This document shows positions 1-15,019 of a DNA stretch of 64,000 nucleotides, piece after piece. Position numbers and translations under genes: made by a program. This DNA comes from Paraspadella gotoi (lineage: Eukaryota > Animalia > Chaetognatha). Under the pieces are notes generated by a model that was given only the letters and a program-made list of their open reading frames with translations, ran no database searches and was not told the origin of the DNA. The stretch's first letter is position 1. Every line of letters begins with the position of its first letter. Where the stretch lies: the NCBI GenBank assembly GCA_051294375.1, contig CM119268.1, positions 18,430,005 to 18,494,004 on the forward strand. Direction: 5' to 3'.

Positions 1-46
1 CAACATCAAGCAGAAAGCGTCCATCTGCCAATGATGAAGGAAGAAG

Positions 47-83
<37 letters not shown>

Positions 84-618
84 CTCTCTCCTCTCTGCTC
101 TCTCTCTCTCCTCTGCCCTCCCAAAACGCTCTTAAACCCTTAAATCCGGAGCTTCAGAAAATCCTCGCGGAAAGCTGCTCCGAGTTTGTTCCGTCCTAAA
201 AATCTGTGGTTCCGTTTTACAACGGCCGATGCGAGAAAAAAAAGTAGGAATGTCTACCATTATAACTCATAATATCATTATTGATTTTACCTTCAAACGA
301 CCCTCCATTCTTGTTTCCCGCTCACACTTACTAATGTGTACTACACTTACGAGTGTGAGTAACTGGTTAGCAATAAGACTATCAGTAATAAGTATGTAGT
401 ATTTTGTATTTTCTTCTATGTTGAAAAAGAAATTACAAAGATTTGTGTCCTATGATTAAAAAAATTCAAAAGAGGAAGAAGTAATGAAAAATACAAAGGG
501 AGACAAAAAAGAATAGGAAAAAAAATAAATGGAATATTCCTAGCATCGGATATCCCTCAATGGAATATGTGGGCACCTGTATTCTTCAGAATTTGAAATC
601 AAATCTGGATTCTTCTCT

Positions 619-664
<46 letters not shown>

Positions 665-697
665 CCTTTACTCTTCCCCTTCCCATCCTCCTTTCTG

Positions 698-736
<39 letters not shown>

Positions 737-768
737 CCTTTTTTTTTTTTTTTATTTTTTTTTTTTTT

Positions 769-802
<34 letters not shown>

Positions 803-879
803 CCTTCTCATTGTTCTCTCCTTCATTAGTTCTTTCAATATTTACTTTCTCTCGCTCGACATTGTCTTTTTTCCACACG

Positions 880-3800
880 AATGAAAGACGTTGAGTCAAT
901 AGACAGTAGCTACTGTTTTTTTGTTAAGATAAACTATAAACTATTGTTAAAAACTATGTTGGAGCACGCAAATCACCAGACGTTATCTCCTACATTTAAA
1001 ATTAAAACGTCTAAATGATATCTTTTGTAATTTTAACATTCGAAGTAAATGATTTAAACATACATTATTCGCCAAAATGTCTAATTCTGTCTATATACGC
1101 CATGCTGTGACTAAAACGTGAGCCACAACGTTAATGAGCAGCACTTCGCCCGTCGTTTTTTGACCTCACAGACCGACCTGACTTTGCAAGATGGTTCTCC
1201 AGAAAGCAACTTCCCTAGAGCGATTCTCTCTCTCTCTCCACTCCTCTATCTCCTCTCTCTTCTTCTGTTGCGGGTTTTTCTCTCATAAAAACAAACGCTA
1301 TACAGGGTTAAGCAGTCCATTATAATTCCATTTAGTAATAAAGGACGCGATTCCAATTTGACATTATTAAACTATATAGATAAATCATAAGGACAGAATG
1401 TGAATAAGCGAGACAAACATGATAGACGAGGACAACGCTTAAATCTAAAGAGAATTTAAGTATTAATTTCACAAATAATTTAAATATTCAACAAAAATAT
1501 ACCTCTGGTTGCATCATATAATCAAGAAAACCTTAGTTTCAATAAGTTTAATTCTCTTAAATACTACTTTGACAATAAGAGCTAGAATTGAGGTTGGAAA
1601 AATAAGGAACTTTAAACAATAGAAAGCAGGAATATTAAATCACGATTCTGACTCTAAATATAGGTTCGTTTCCTTGATTCGAACGGACGAGTTAACTCAG
1701 ATAAATCATTAAATATCTCTAACAATACCCGCTGTGCAAAGTGCAACATTATGGATTTTTGTTTAAAAGCAAGTTGGGACAGCGATCAATTCGATTCCAA
1801 AACAAGGAACAGTAGAATATCGGTAATAAAAACTTCATTAAATGAATTTCTTAAAACAAGCTTGGAATAAAATAATAAAAGTGATAATTTTACAAGTATT
1901 TACAATAAAACATTAAACGACAATTTCATCACATTTACTTCTCTGGATAATCTCACAGTCTTCATTGTCGATTTGCTTATTCAAGCAGAACTACTTTGGT
2001 TCTATCGCGATCAAACAATTTTCGTTAGCGTACGGACTGTAAGCGACGAAATGGTTCGTCGAATGCACGGCGTGATATACGAGCGACCATTTTCTCGCGA
2101 GCCAATATCATCAACAAGGAACTACGTCGTCAACCTCGCAGATTTCGCTGAGATGACGTCCATTTGCCCTGTTGAACGTGTAATTATTCGTTCGCCATCT
2201 TTTTCCAAAAGCAGTTAGCAAGGCTTAAGACTGTTCAAGCTGTACGGCCGTTTCTTCACAATTGGGACAGGAGTCGAGCGCGATTGCTGACAACCCAGGG
2301 GAAAGATCATTTCAGGGTAAGAGACGGGATCGCGAGGTCATTGAAAACGTGGTAAGAGGGCGTCGATTAATAATCTTTCTGTATAGTATCATGGTTTCAA
2401 TATTTCATCAGTGACTTCCTTTTATCCAATAGAAGTGAAGAGTCTTCTTGACCGTGCGGATTAGTTCCCAGATGCTCCCAATGAGTGATCCTGGAGGTTG
2501 AAATCGCATTCCAATCCTTTCTCCGTAGTTCTTCTGGTAAGTCTTGTTGTAGGCTTTGAGTGCAGCTTTAAGCTCTCTATCTGCGCCTTAAAATTTGTAC
2601 ATTATGCTATAAAGGATGCGAACCTGACGGCGTCCTGGAATCGAAGAAGCATTTATAAAAATGATGTAGAAATATTTTTACAACTTCCAAATGACAGCTC
2701 TCATCCGGAGCAAGTAAATAACGCAATCCATCTTTTTTGTCTACGATATATCTTAACATTAAAGGGCACAAAGGTCAACGCCTGAAGCTTCAAAATGGTA
2801 ACCTAGTTCAATCTTATTGCGGAAGTGGCGCATCTTCTGCTCTCTGTCTGCGATGAGACTTGCAAGCATACATTTCGGATAATTTCTTCGTGTTTGACGT
2901 CAGATAGATCCAATATTTTTGTCTAATTGAGCATGAACCTGTTCTCCGGCGTGTGTTCATTATATGAGTAATTCTAATAAGCTTTCTACCTGAGGTGACT
3001 TCGCTGGAGATCGCGGATGCGGTCTCATAACGCTCATTTGCTCGATGCAGTCGACTCGACACGGAGAATGCCGTCGTCGTCGATGAACGGATCTAAATCT
3101 CGAATGGAGAAACTTTAGAGCGTAATTCTTGTCGAATCTCAGGTCACGATGTATGACTTAAAAAATTTAATTCATTTCAAGGCTTCACTTTGTATATTTT
3201 AAATTGCTTTTCTGCTAAATTTGTTTCTCTATTTCGTGCTAAATTTTTGCTTTTGTCGGTTTTATTTCTTAGGTTAGCAAATAGCGTAAGAATCTTTGAT
3301 AAAATAATTACTCTAAAAACAAGTTTGACCATTGAGATAAGTTACTGATATTTTTTCTTAAAATTCGTTCTCAGTTAATTCACTAGTTTTTATAAACATT
3401 AATCTCTACTTTAATTTCGTCATGATAATGAATCTCGTCACCTGTCGCCATTCGGCGGCATTTGCCAAAAAGGCGGACTTGATGGAAAAGGACCAAGCGT
3501 CTGAATTTCCGCGAGATGCTCGGAACAATATCGCGGGTTTTGATCTGTAGGAACTAATGCATTGCGACGGGAGGAAATTCATGGATGTTTCTAATCTGTT
3601 TGCAAAGAAAGCCTTAAAACGTGTAAATTATTTCGTATATGTTTTAATACGCAATCGCATCAATCCAAAATAAACCTTGATAAACTCTTGTTCATTTCCT
3701 GCATTAGAAATTTAAATATTTCAGTTGATATTACTGCAGCGGTTAATTCTAAAGCGTGGATGTCTTTTAGAACCAAAACTGTACATTGTATAGACAACTC

Positions 3801-6800
3801 GTGATTTGCTAATAAAATTGAAACATGAATTTGTCAAAAATATCTACCAACGTAAATAAGCGACGCGCCGTATCCGTCTTGTAACATCTGAGAAAGTAAT
3901 GAAGTTCAATTGACCTTATTTCTCCTAGTTCTGATGACTTATCCGCGGGGATGAGAGTTTTCAATTCCAAGAGGTTTGTGCACTCAAGAAGGGAGAAGTT
4001 GTTCGGGATTGTTCATCCAATCGTAGCTTGAGAACGCAAATATTTCTGTAATAACTTTTTTGCTATACAAAATAAAAGGGCCGCGAATCCTAATGATAAA
4101 TATTAGAGGCAGTGAGGATAAAACTTGACGTTTGTCTAATATCTTTTCCCCCTTTTAAATTCCACTACTAAGAATTTAAACAATCACTACCAAGATCAAA
4201 GCGATCAAGGTTCGATCTGTAAAGATTCGCCGCTTCAGCAAATCTTCTTCTTGTGGACAGCTTGGCTGTTCTCTCCGATGTAAATGCAATTCCTGCTGTT
4301 TTTCCATTTGGACAAACGGAATCCCACTTCAGAGTGTTCATCAACCTGATCTGTAATCGCTAGCCAAAAAGACATTTAAAAACTTTTTCGTCATATCGTC
4401 TACATAACATTTCTTAAAATAGTTTCATTGTTTCTAAATCATAAAAGGCTTATTATTTTAGCATGGTATTGTAAAGCAAAATAAGCAATAGCACTGAGGG
4501 CTGTTCCAAACATTAATGTTATTCTTACATATAATTCATCCATTTTTTTCGTCTTTCCAAAACCAAAATCGTTGAGCGTCGCATCTTTCTCGTCATCGAA
4601 TCTGGTTTAAATTCTTAATATTGCCATTAAAACTATAGATCTTTACGAATCGTGTGAGACACTGCAGATATTACATAAGTCTGGACTGAAGAAGTGCAGA
4701 ATTTAATGAATTCCTTTTGATCACTTTGGCATGTGAATATCTTACTTTGCCTGTTTTCAGATTAGATACAAATATCAATGGCATGATCCAATGTCGTCCT
4801 TTCAATTCTTCATCTGATTTTCAATCACGTTGCAGACCGTCATTAATCCATTTATTTACCTCTCAATACAGATTTTTTCATATTCAGGTCTTTTTTCCAA
4901 CTTGGTCGGAGTCTTTTTAGGCGATCGGCGGCCATCTGAGAACATGAGGCAGATTCAAATTCATCGCGGCCTCGGCTGCTTCTTTCCAAGGCACTCAACT
5001 TGATATTTTCCTCAATAATTGAATTGATATTTAACATTTAATTACTTTTGATCATTACGGAAAAACCATCTTTTCGAATGGATTCATTGGAAATATGACT
5101 AAAGAACACTACTGCTAATTAGTTCTGTGTTTCAGCTGCATGCATTGCTTCGAGACTCTCGTTTGGACGTCACGACATGTGGACGCGATGCCATCCCATT
5201 TAGTTTGGAAAGCATAGGGAAAATTGCCACCCGCGCGTATCGGTCGGAGACGCATGAAGGATTGATGTATCTGTGCTATAATTAAATCAATATCATTTGA
5301 ACTTAATTTTCTTACTTTATCCTTAGATGTTCATAGGAGTCAATTCTGATGTAGTTGGAGTGTCACGTTTCGTTGGAGAGAATATCACAATATGACTCAG
5401 AAGCGTCTCTGAATGTCATTTTCCAAAGAATTAATTGTAAATTTTAGTAGTAATTGCGATTTTCCATTTTAACATAAATCTAAGTAGAAACCTGCATAAT
5501 TTCTATTAGTTGAGAATCTAAATAATTAAATCGTCTTTGAACAACACGTGCGATACTTCCAGTATCAACAAGGCATAAACATTTCTACATTGTCATTGTA
5601 AGTTAATTTACTGCAACAATAGGGCGAAAATATTTTGAAGAAGAAACCTTCGTCAGTCGCGCTTTGAACGTTGGCGTCGTTGCTTGCTGTTGAGGCAAGG
5701 ATCCTGAAGGAGCAGCTGGAGAATCAGATGGAGGAGAGTGCAATGGTTTCTATTTTACATTTTTCACAAATAATATTTGAACGACAATTTAACTCATATG
5801 CATATCCAAAACATGAAACATAATTTATTTTTTTTAAAGATTGAAATTTTCTTATCAGGTTAATTCAATAAATTTTTTACACTTACTTAAATGGTGGAAC
5901 TCTTCACATAATTTACATTCTTATAATACCGTACCTTGCTTATTTGACTTGATTTTTATAACCTGAAGATTACAAATTTTATTTTCTGTTAACGCTGTAG
6001 CCAGATTTCGCCGCGGTTTCTCGTTCCTTCTTAACGTTAACCTGAGCTTTGGAAAAGGAGAATCTTTCATTTTTACGTGACGATCTAAAAAGTCAAAAAG
6101 TTTGAAAAATTCAAAACACATCCTTTTTCTATTGCAAATTTATAATGATATCTAATCCATTATTCTAAACGTGAGGATTCTTCGTTAATCACCTTTTTCA
6201 CGCTTCCATTGACCTGAATCACAGATCATTACTCAAAATGGCAATCTTTTCAGCTCTCTAAGTCGAAAATTAATCTCTAATTTATTAACATCATCAGCTT
6301 CATTTCTTTTTTGAGAATCTCGCAACGTTCTGACGCGGTGTGTTGACGATGCCCAATAATGACGAAGGCGCTTTTACCAATTGAGAGCCTCTGATCATCG
6401 GCGTGGTACTTAAATTCGCGAATTGCTCTGTGGTTCGTCTTGTCCATGCATAATTATAATATTAATTTTGTCAGAAACCTGGCATTGATTCAACATCAGC
6501 TTGAAACTGAAAAGAAAACTTTCCAATGTGAAAGGATTCCCGTCAAACTTATCCTTTCGTAGGACGAATCTTCAGTCAAATTTGTGACCTAAAATAGCTG
6601 CTAAGTCAACCTGCTGAAAAAGCTTCTCAGTAGTTGAATATAGCAGATAGATGGGCAAGAAAGTAAGGATTGTTTGACGAAGTAGCTCGCGGTTGAGCAC
6701 GACATTCTCTGGGAGGGTCAGGTTGAGGAGCATTTGAGGAGTAATTCGAGTATACAGTTACATGACATTTTTCTCCACAACGCATTGAGCATCACCTGAT

Positions 6801-7556
6801 AGCCCAGGAAGCCACTTTTCTTGAGCGTCGTTCCCGAAGATCGCAATTTCACGAACTGTCATCGTCAGCTATGATAATCTATTTCAAATTAATTATTTTG
6901 TCCATCTTACTTATCTTCGTCTGTTTTAATTTTAAAGTAGTTCTTGATTTTCTTTATTTCTTCCTCTAAATGTTTATTTATTTTTTCTAATGATTCTTAT
7001 ATGCACATACCTTTGTCTGACTTTATCTGTGAACTTACGTTACTTCTATTTCTCATCTTTAGATTGAATTCAATTTGGAACCAGTGTAGGTAGAGCGAAA
7101 ATCTTAATTCAGTGCCTTTTATATTTCTTCACGAATTCCAAGCCACTTGCTGTAATGATGTAGCACTTCAAGATTGATTTTAAAGCTTCGTCGCATGATG
7201 ATCTTCCTCGACGCAGAGAGATTATTCTTCAACTATCCTTCATCGTTGATAAATGCTGTACTTCCGTCCAGAGGGCAATGTAGATCTGCTCTTTAATTTT
7301 GAGATCATCTCTTATTTCGGCGAAAATACATTGGCATTCCTCAGACATTTTCGTATATCTCTTCGCTAGTCGTCATTTAAGTCATAACAATTCTTACTTG
7401 ATAAAAGGTTCCGGAAGGGTTGATGGAATACCAGAGACGTAATCCGTCTTTGATTGAGCTGCTTCGTGATGAATTCAACCAAGATCATGTAAGTTCTCGA
7501 GGTTTTCATTGATGGAATAGCTCAATGTGGCAAAGTCCAAGGCAATTATTTTTCAT
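880..7556 (-). CDS. Large multi-exon gene, frameshift-damaged; N-terminal part resembles a DH (RhoGEF) domain followed by a possible REM-like segment
   Basis: Coding-like blocks alternate with short AT-rich introns that have minus-strand GT/AG signals (e.g. 'cttac' near 7395 and 6907). Hand translation across apparent indels gives EAAQSKTDYVSGIPSTLPEPFIK...MSEECQCIFAEIRDDLKIKEQIYIALW...FKINLEVLHHYSKW...KIFALPTLVP (DH-like spacing) and RQTILTFLPIYLLYSTTEKLFQQ (REM-like). No continuous ORF could be rebuilt; boundaries are approximate. Confidence 0.35.
1268..1722 (+). repeat. Direct repeat, copy 1 of about 450 bp (copy 2 at 7575-8006)
   Basis: 'gcgg..ttttctctcataaa..caaacgctatacagg' through 'aatcattaaatatct..aac' occurs at both places, differing mainly by single-base indels. 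Confidence 0.9.
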
Positions 7557-7574
7557 TTCACAGAGATTAAGAAT

Positions 7575-8006
7575 GTGCGGTTTTCTCTCATAAACAAACG
7601 CTATACAGGTTTAAGCAGTCCAATTATAATTCATTTAGTAATAAAACGCATTCCATTTGACATTATTAACGTATATAGATAAACATAAGAAAATGTGAAT
7701 AACGAAGACAAAATGAATAGACGAGCAAACGCTTAAATCTAAAGAATTTAAGTATTAATTCACAATAATTTCAAATATTCACAAAAATATTACTCTGGTG
7801 CTCATATAATCAAGAAAACCTTAGTTTCAATAAGTTTAATTCTCTTAAATACTACTTTTGACAATAAGAAGCTAAATTGAGGTTGGGAAAAATAAGAAAC
7901 TTAAACCAATAGAAAGCAGATTATTAAATACGATTCTGATCTAAATATAGTTCGTTTCCTTGATTCAACGGACAGAGTTAAACTCAATAAATCATTAAAT
8001 ATCTAA
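7575..8006 (+). repeat. Direct repeat, copy 2 (of 1268-1722)
   Basis: Matches 1268-1722 along its length and ends in a TC microsatellite. Confidence 0.9.
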
Positions 8007-9812
8007 CCTCTCTCTCTTCCTCTCTCTCTCTCTTTTCTCTTCAGGAATCGCAGAGCCTCTCGCAGGAATCTTTATCCCGTCCCCAGAGAAAAACGGAAGA
8101 AAAGGAAGAGTGGCTGAAGGAGGATGAAGAGGAGGAGGAGAGAGAGGAAAGGTTTGTTTGAATACGAAAAAAGGTAAGTAAAAGAAAAGAAAGGTGAGTA
8201 AAAAGAAAAAAAGAATAAAAAGAAAAAAAACCCGTTCTGACGGGAAGTCTCTGAAAAGTACGACTCGGGTTTAAGAGCTCCACATGTGGAGGTGTTAAAA
8301 AAAACTTTTGAAGACATTGAGAGAATCTTTTAGATGAACAAATGAACAATGAGCAACGCAAAAGGAATATTAAACATACAAGTTTACATCCGGACAAATA
8401 TCCAATATGGGAATCTTTGAGAAATGGCATATTTAGTAGAACTTTTTTTTTCTTTCTTGACCACTTTGAGTTGAGATTCCGCCCAAGAGGCCTCTCAAGA
8501 GATTCATCAATACAATCTCATTCTCATCTTATTTATTCGTCATCATTTTCAAATTTCCAGTGAACTCTCTCGTGGTTTACGTTCCCTATTTGTTTCATTT
8601 GTCACTTAATAAATGCTATTTCTTGAGATTGTAAATTGCGCGCAAACGAAAACTAATAAAAACTTCGTGTAAAGGTTTCTCTCAATAATTTTCTTTTAAA
8701 AAACACGACAAGGTCGATTGAATTTTTTTTTTTTTTTAAACGTCAAAAATTTTGCAAATAATATGATTTCAATGTTTCATACTTAAAACTGCGACTTATT
8801 GACCGGACTTCCTCCACTTTATAAACTATCTCGTCTTTCTTTTAATCTTCTTAATCTATCTTCATTCCATCCCCTTTTATCATTCCCCACATGGATTTTC
8901 TCCACTGCTTATATCCAAACTCTCTCCCGCCTCCATAGTTCGTCGTCGCACAAACGAAAACTCCGCCTCTTAGTTTAAAGGACCGAAGAGGGGGGGGGAA
9001 GGAGGGCGGTTTCCCCCCGGGAGGGGGCGTCCTGGGACCGTGTCATCTATTTTCACATTACTCGACTTGAATACAAAAAGACTCTCTCTCTCTCTCTCTC
9101 TCTCTNNNNNNNNNNNNNNNNNNNNNNNNNAGCCCGGAACTCGGTTTACTCGTTTTACCAAGTGGAATATTTTTTTTTTTTGTAAAAAAAAAAAGAGAGA
9201 GAGGGAGAAGAGGGAGAGAGAGAGAGAGAGGGAGAGAGAGAGAGACGAGGAGAGAAGAGGATGAGGAGAGAGAAGGAGATGAGAGGAAGAGAGAGAAGGA
9301 GAGAGAGTGGAGTGCAGGGGAGATGGAGAGAGGAGAAGAGAGTGAGAAGAGAGGGAGGAGAAGAGAGAGAGAGAAAGAGAGGAGAGAGAGAGAGAGTAGG
9401 AGAGAGGGAGGAGAGAGAGGAGATGAGCCGGAGAGAGGATAGACGAGAAAAGTTTTCCGCCCAACGATACGAATATTTTAGGTCAACTCTTGTTTATATC
9501 GGCGTGATCTCGGTCCAAGTTTGATTTTTTTATACACGTAACGTTTCCGCTTGCCATCAAAACGCGTTATTAGGTCCATGTTCCTCGACTTTCGTTTACT
9601 CGTTTGCCCCGCCAACGCCACTAATCCAGGTCAGTAATTATTCTTTCACATTTTCTCAAAAACCACGAAAACTCAGCATGTTAAATTTGGATTTTGTATT
9701 GAGAAAGAAGCGCGGAATAAATGGCGATAATAAAGTTTTAGAAGGGAAAGAAATATTAAGAATTTTTCAAAAACGTGGTAAAACAAAGTGAATAATTGTT
9801 TTTTTGTAAAAA

Positions 9813-9844
<32 letters not shown>

Positions 9845-11372
9845 CAGGAGAACGAGAGGAGAGACGGAGATGACGGACGGGAAGAGAGGAGAGAGAAGCC
9901 TGATCTGTTTTTTTTAAACGATTCAGAAAAAGGCCCTGCGGCGCCTATCAACTATATATGTTTATAGAAAGAAAAAAATAATCAGAATTTTTCAAAAATA
10001 CCGAACGACACGCAAGGAGATCGCACACAAAGAAGAGATCAGAGAGAAACTGAAAACCGTCGTTTTTTTAAACGATTCAGAAAAAGGCAGCGCCTAAAAA
10101 AATCATATATTATAATTTAAAAAAATAAATAAAAGAAGGCAAAAAATGTTACAAATGGTTTACATTGGAAACTTTTCCAATTCCAATCCGCAGCTTGTAA
10201 AAGATTTTATTTTTATTTTGTATTAAAATAAGATATAGCTTCTCATAAAAAAATCCCTTTGGAGTCCATTTTATTAGAAATTTAAAAAAATTTTTGATTT
10301 CATCTTCAATATATATACTGCAATATGTAAATTACTTAAAGCATTTCTATATACTAATTTGGATATTATAATTCAGTACTATAATCTCATTGCATATTGC
10401 AGTAAATCAAAGAAGTGGAATCAAACAAAAAAATATTAATCAAATGCTAATAAGAAATATCAAAGCCTATTTTCAAGTGAGAAGCCATATCTAATTTTTT
10501 AACTTACTATGATCGCACACTTTTTTGTAAAAACTTTAGAATAATCATTAATAATTTTTATTTAAAAAAAAACGCGTAAGGACAGCCAAACCTATAAAAG
10601 CGTAGTATTTTTATTTTAAAACAGCGTGACGCGCCCGACGACACGACGACGACGGCACGACGACACGTCACAAAGATCTCACCCGAATCAATATCAAGCC
10701 TGAACCGCTTCGGTCCGGTTCATGGCTTTGAATAAAAAGATGTCATCAATCGGAGGTGAGACTCAGGGAATAATATCACACCCTTTATTTTCAGAGGACA
10801 ACACTAAGTTCCCCAACTTCCATCCCAAACAATAGATAAATAATATTTAGATTTAATATCTAACTCAAAAAATATCATACAAATAAATAAAATCAATTAA
10901 ATCAAAAAAACTGAAGAGATATTGAAACCAAGTAAGTTTTGCAATTATCAATCTAATATCCATATATTATCATCGGCAGATGGAATCAGAACCAGAATGG
11001 AAGTCGGAAAATCCGTGGACTCGGATGAATCTACTAAGGACTCTCCGATTGGATGAATCAATCGTCGAGAATCAACCAATGAGGCAAGACGGGCTTCATG
11101 CCATCGGAAAACGAGGCCCGTGTCGATGACCGATTGATAATTGTATAAATACTTTACAATTTTGTATTGAATCCATCTGTCTCAAATTCTGAACCATCTT
11201 TGCTTGTTGACTTAAATAAGAATTAAATCCACTTTCGCGTTTCATGTTTGGAATCTGTACTACTTGTACTAAATGTGGTGGCAGCGTGCGATTTCTGGAA
11301 CCCACGCTCTTCCGAAGACGACTGGTCTACTTACTTAAATGTTATTTAAATAATTCTCTCTCTCTCTCTCAC

Positions 11373-12341
11373 CCTATTTCCTTGCTACCGACTCAGCACG
11401 CTTAAAAATCTCATTGTTTCTCGCTGCCCGATTTCTCGCGTCGAAATTCTGCTGGTGAAATCGATTGTCGCCGTTGATGCGCAGAATCGATTCACAGTTG
11501 GGGTGAAGGTCGGATCATCTTGCGTAGTTCTCCAAAGAGTCGAACACCATAAGATTCACACCTAACGTGGGTATAGTCATTATATTTAGTGACAGTGATA
11601 GAAGTTCGCATTGTGACGATCTTTTTCAATTTTGATTGATACCTTTTTCGGCTGCGTAGTGATGTGAGATTTCCAATTTGGCCGGATGAGAAAAGACGAT
11701 GTCCTTCGCTTGAGCGCCCATTTCCAGGACGAGCTCGATCTCCCACTTGGAGGCGCAATCGAATCCCGAACCACCCGGACGAGCGCCTTGATGATTTGAG
11801 GGTCGGTGTGGCCTGTGGGGGGGCACATTTATTTATTTCGTTGGTTCTTATTAAAAAAAGAATAAATGACAATTCATAAAAAAAAAACACTTTTTTTAAA
11901 CGCTTTACGCCAACGTCACAAATGAAACGTCGAAAAAATAATTGATACACAACAAAAGAACGGACCCATAATAGAATTCAAACAGGACCCACCTTAATAT
12001 ATTATAACAGCGTCAAACAGCAACTACGACACATGAAATATAACATCAAATGTCTTCTACAAAATATAACTTTTTAACCTCATGTCAATTTGTCATTTTC
12101 CCCTGTTCTTTAAAACTCCGGAAACGGATTTCAAATCCGAATTACCTTCACGGCGTAAAAAGGCCGAACTCTCGGCATCAAACTGCGCCACTTGACGAGC
12201 CTCTCCGCGCCACTTCCGCTCCACCACCAAAATCACGTCGTCCGTCGATTTTCGTGAAGACAAAATATTTTCTACGGCGACGAGTTTCCTTTGGGTGACG
12301 GCATCGATCGGATTGAGAGACGACATTTGAATGGTGTTCAT
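11373..12341 (-). pseudogene. Truncated, frameshifted inverted copy of ODC-like exons 1-3 (pseudogene or assembly artefact)
   Basis: MNTIQMSSLNPIDAVTQRKLVAVENILSS and GSGFDCASKWEIELVLEMGAQAKDIVFSHPAK match the + copy but carry many indels; homology stops inside intron 3, and exons 4-5 are absent. Confidence 0.8.
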
Positions 12342-12453
12342 GGTGAAATTTAATGGTGAGAAAATATTGCTCCGCGTTGAAAATTAAAAGAAAGGAGAAT
12401 GGAAAAAATAAAAAATTACGAAGCGCAAAAAGTGAGTGAGTGAGTGAGGAGAG

Positions 12454-12567
<114 letters not shown>

Positions 12568-12925
12568 CCATAAAATGTAATTGGGGATAAAGAAATTAAG
12601 AGTCGGTAAAAAAAGGTTTCTGAGTTAAACCTGACCACATCCTTTCTTAGGACAAGGAAAATAAAAGACAATCTGAAATGACCTCAAAATAGAAAATTCT
12701 GGGATGAATGAAAACATAAAGCGAACAAATAACCGAATTTTAAGTTAGGTGAGGCTGGGGATTGGTCGCTCCTGTGATGTTTTCGTGAGAAGTACAAAAA
12801 AACATAAAAATCATATTTTTTTAAAAAAAATACAGAAATTAATTTCGGTTTGCGAAATGATTTCATTCACCGAGGCTGCTTCTCAATTATTCCTTTCGAG
12901 AGAATGTTCTAAATCATATAAGATG

Positions 12926-13003
<78 letters not shown>

Positions 13004-14672
13004 CCTGGAACGAGCAAAGGAGAAATCCCCCAACCGATTCTTTATAATCTTAACATCCGAATCTTGACTTTTTTCGCTGACGCCAAAACTTGTTTCTTTT
13101 TTTTTTGTTCCTTTTCCTTTTTTTTTTTCTTTTCCTTTTTTTCTTCCTTTCGCTTTTTTTTTCTTTCTCCTCTTTCCTTTTTTTCTTTCTTTTATTTCTT
13201 CTTTTTTTTGCCTCCGATTCACCGAGATTGAAATAGAAGCAATTAGAAGGGAAAAAATGTGAGAAAGAAATAAATAAGAAAGAGAGAAAGAAATAAAAAA
13301 CGAACAAAGAAAAAAGGAATGAATTAAGAAAACCACAAAGTCATTCGCAGGCTCAACTGAAACTGACCAAAAAAGCTTAAAAATGTTTTCAGTGACTTTT
13401 CATGAAATTGGTACAACCGATAGAATAATCATTTATTCATAGAATAATTATTTATTTAATAAAAGCTTTCTTGCTCTTAACTTTGGACAGGCTATGGTGT
13501 GTTTAGTAAGGCGTAGTGACAAGTTACATATGAAAATTCTAAAAGTCAATTTGAACAACATACCATCAGTGAACATTAATTTGTAAAAAAAATTAAATTT
13601 TATGTTTTTTAATTTTCGCAGTAGCCTATATTATATATAGTACTATCCTTATAAAATCGAAAAATTTCAAATAGGCTTTTCTTAATTTTGATTGCAGATT
13701 TGAATTCCTCGTCAAAAGTTGATAAAAGAAAATATAAATCATTTTTAAAATTCTTTTCATTAAGGGGGTTAAAAATTAAAAAAACTATTATTTAATATAT
13801 AAAAAGTTAATTTTCAGCTTAAAATATAGCTTTTTTCCCAATTTTTGACCCACATAATGAAGGAATTTTTTCAAAAAGAGTTATATTTCTTTTTATCAAC
13901 TTTTTATGACGAATCCAAATCTCGCAAAAATATCTTAGAAAAAACTGTTTTAAAATTTTAACACTATTGGTTTAGTACTGTATAAATATGGCCTACTGTG
14001 TAAATTGAAAAATTATTATAAATTTTTTTATTACATAAATGTTCATTAGTATAATGATGTTCATTCCTCACTTTTAGATTTTAATTAAAGTTAAATTTAG
14101 AAATTTTACTACGCATTAGTGTTTAGGTCTCCCTCACACTTACAAGATAATAAAGAATCTCTCGTCTTGTTTATTCACTTCAAGAACTCCTATCAATGCA
14201 GTTGTTATAATATTTTAAATTATGTTTGAATAGTATAAAATGATCACTCCATTAATTAATAAATCGAGTAAAACTATGGAAAACTATGTAAAACTCCGCA
14301 CACAGTGCAAGGAGCTGAATTTTATGAAATTGGTACAACCAATATAATAATTTTTTTTCACGCATTCATAAACATTTTTTCACCCTTGAAAATCAACTAA
14401 ACATGTGCAGTTCTACTAATTTTTTGCCCTCAGATATGTCAACGCCTTTTTTTCTAGTGAATTTTAGTTCATTCTTTCTCGCAACTCTTTTTTTTCTCCA
14501 GCAGATTTCGCGTCTCTCATTGCTGCCCTCAACCCTTTGTTTTCAGTCTCTTTTTCCTTTGGCTTCTTTCTTTTTATCTTCCTTTTCCTCCATCTCACTG
14601 TTAAGAAAAAAAAGTGATGCCACGGACGAAAGAAGAGACAGAGAAGAGAGAGAGGAGCAGAGAGAGAGAGAG

Positions 14673-14705
<33 letters not shown>

Positions 14706-15019
14706 GAGAGAGTCTCTCTCTCTCTCTCTGTCTCTTCTTTCGTCCCTTCGTGGCATCACTTTTTTTTTCTAAACAGTGAGATGGAGGAAAAGGAAGATAA
14801 AAAGAAAGAAGCCAAAGGAAAAAGAGACTGAAGAACAAAGGGTTGAGGGCAGCAATGAGAGACGCGAAATCTGCTGGAGAAAAAAAAGAGTTGCGAGAAA
14901 GAATGAACTAAAATTCACTAGAAAAAAAGGGTTGACATATCTGAGGGCAAAAAATAGTAGACTGCACATGTTTAGTTGATTTCCAAGGGTGAAAAAATGT
15001 TTATGAATGCGTGAAAAAA

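Noticed and set aside
11373-12341. Second functional ODC-like gene or programmed (antizyme-style) frameshift
   Set aside because: Frameshifts are scattered indels absent from the + copy, and exons 4-5 are missing.
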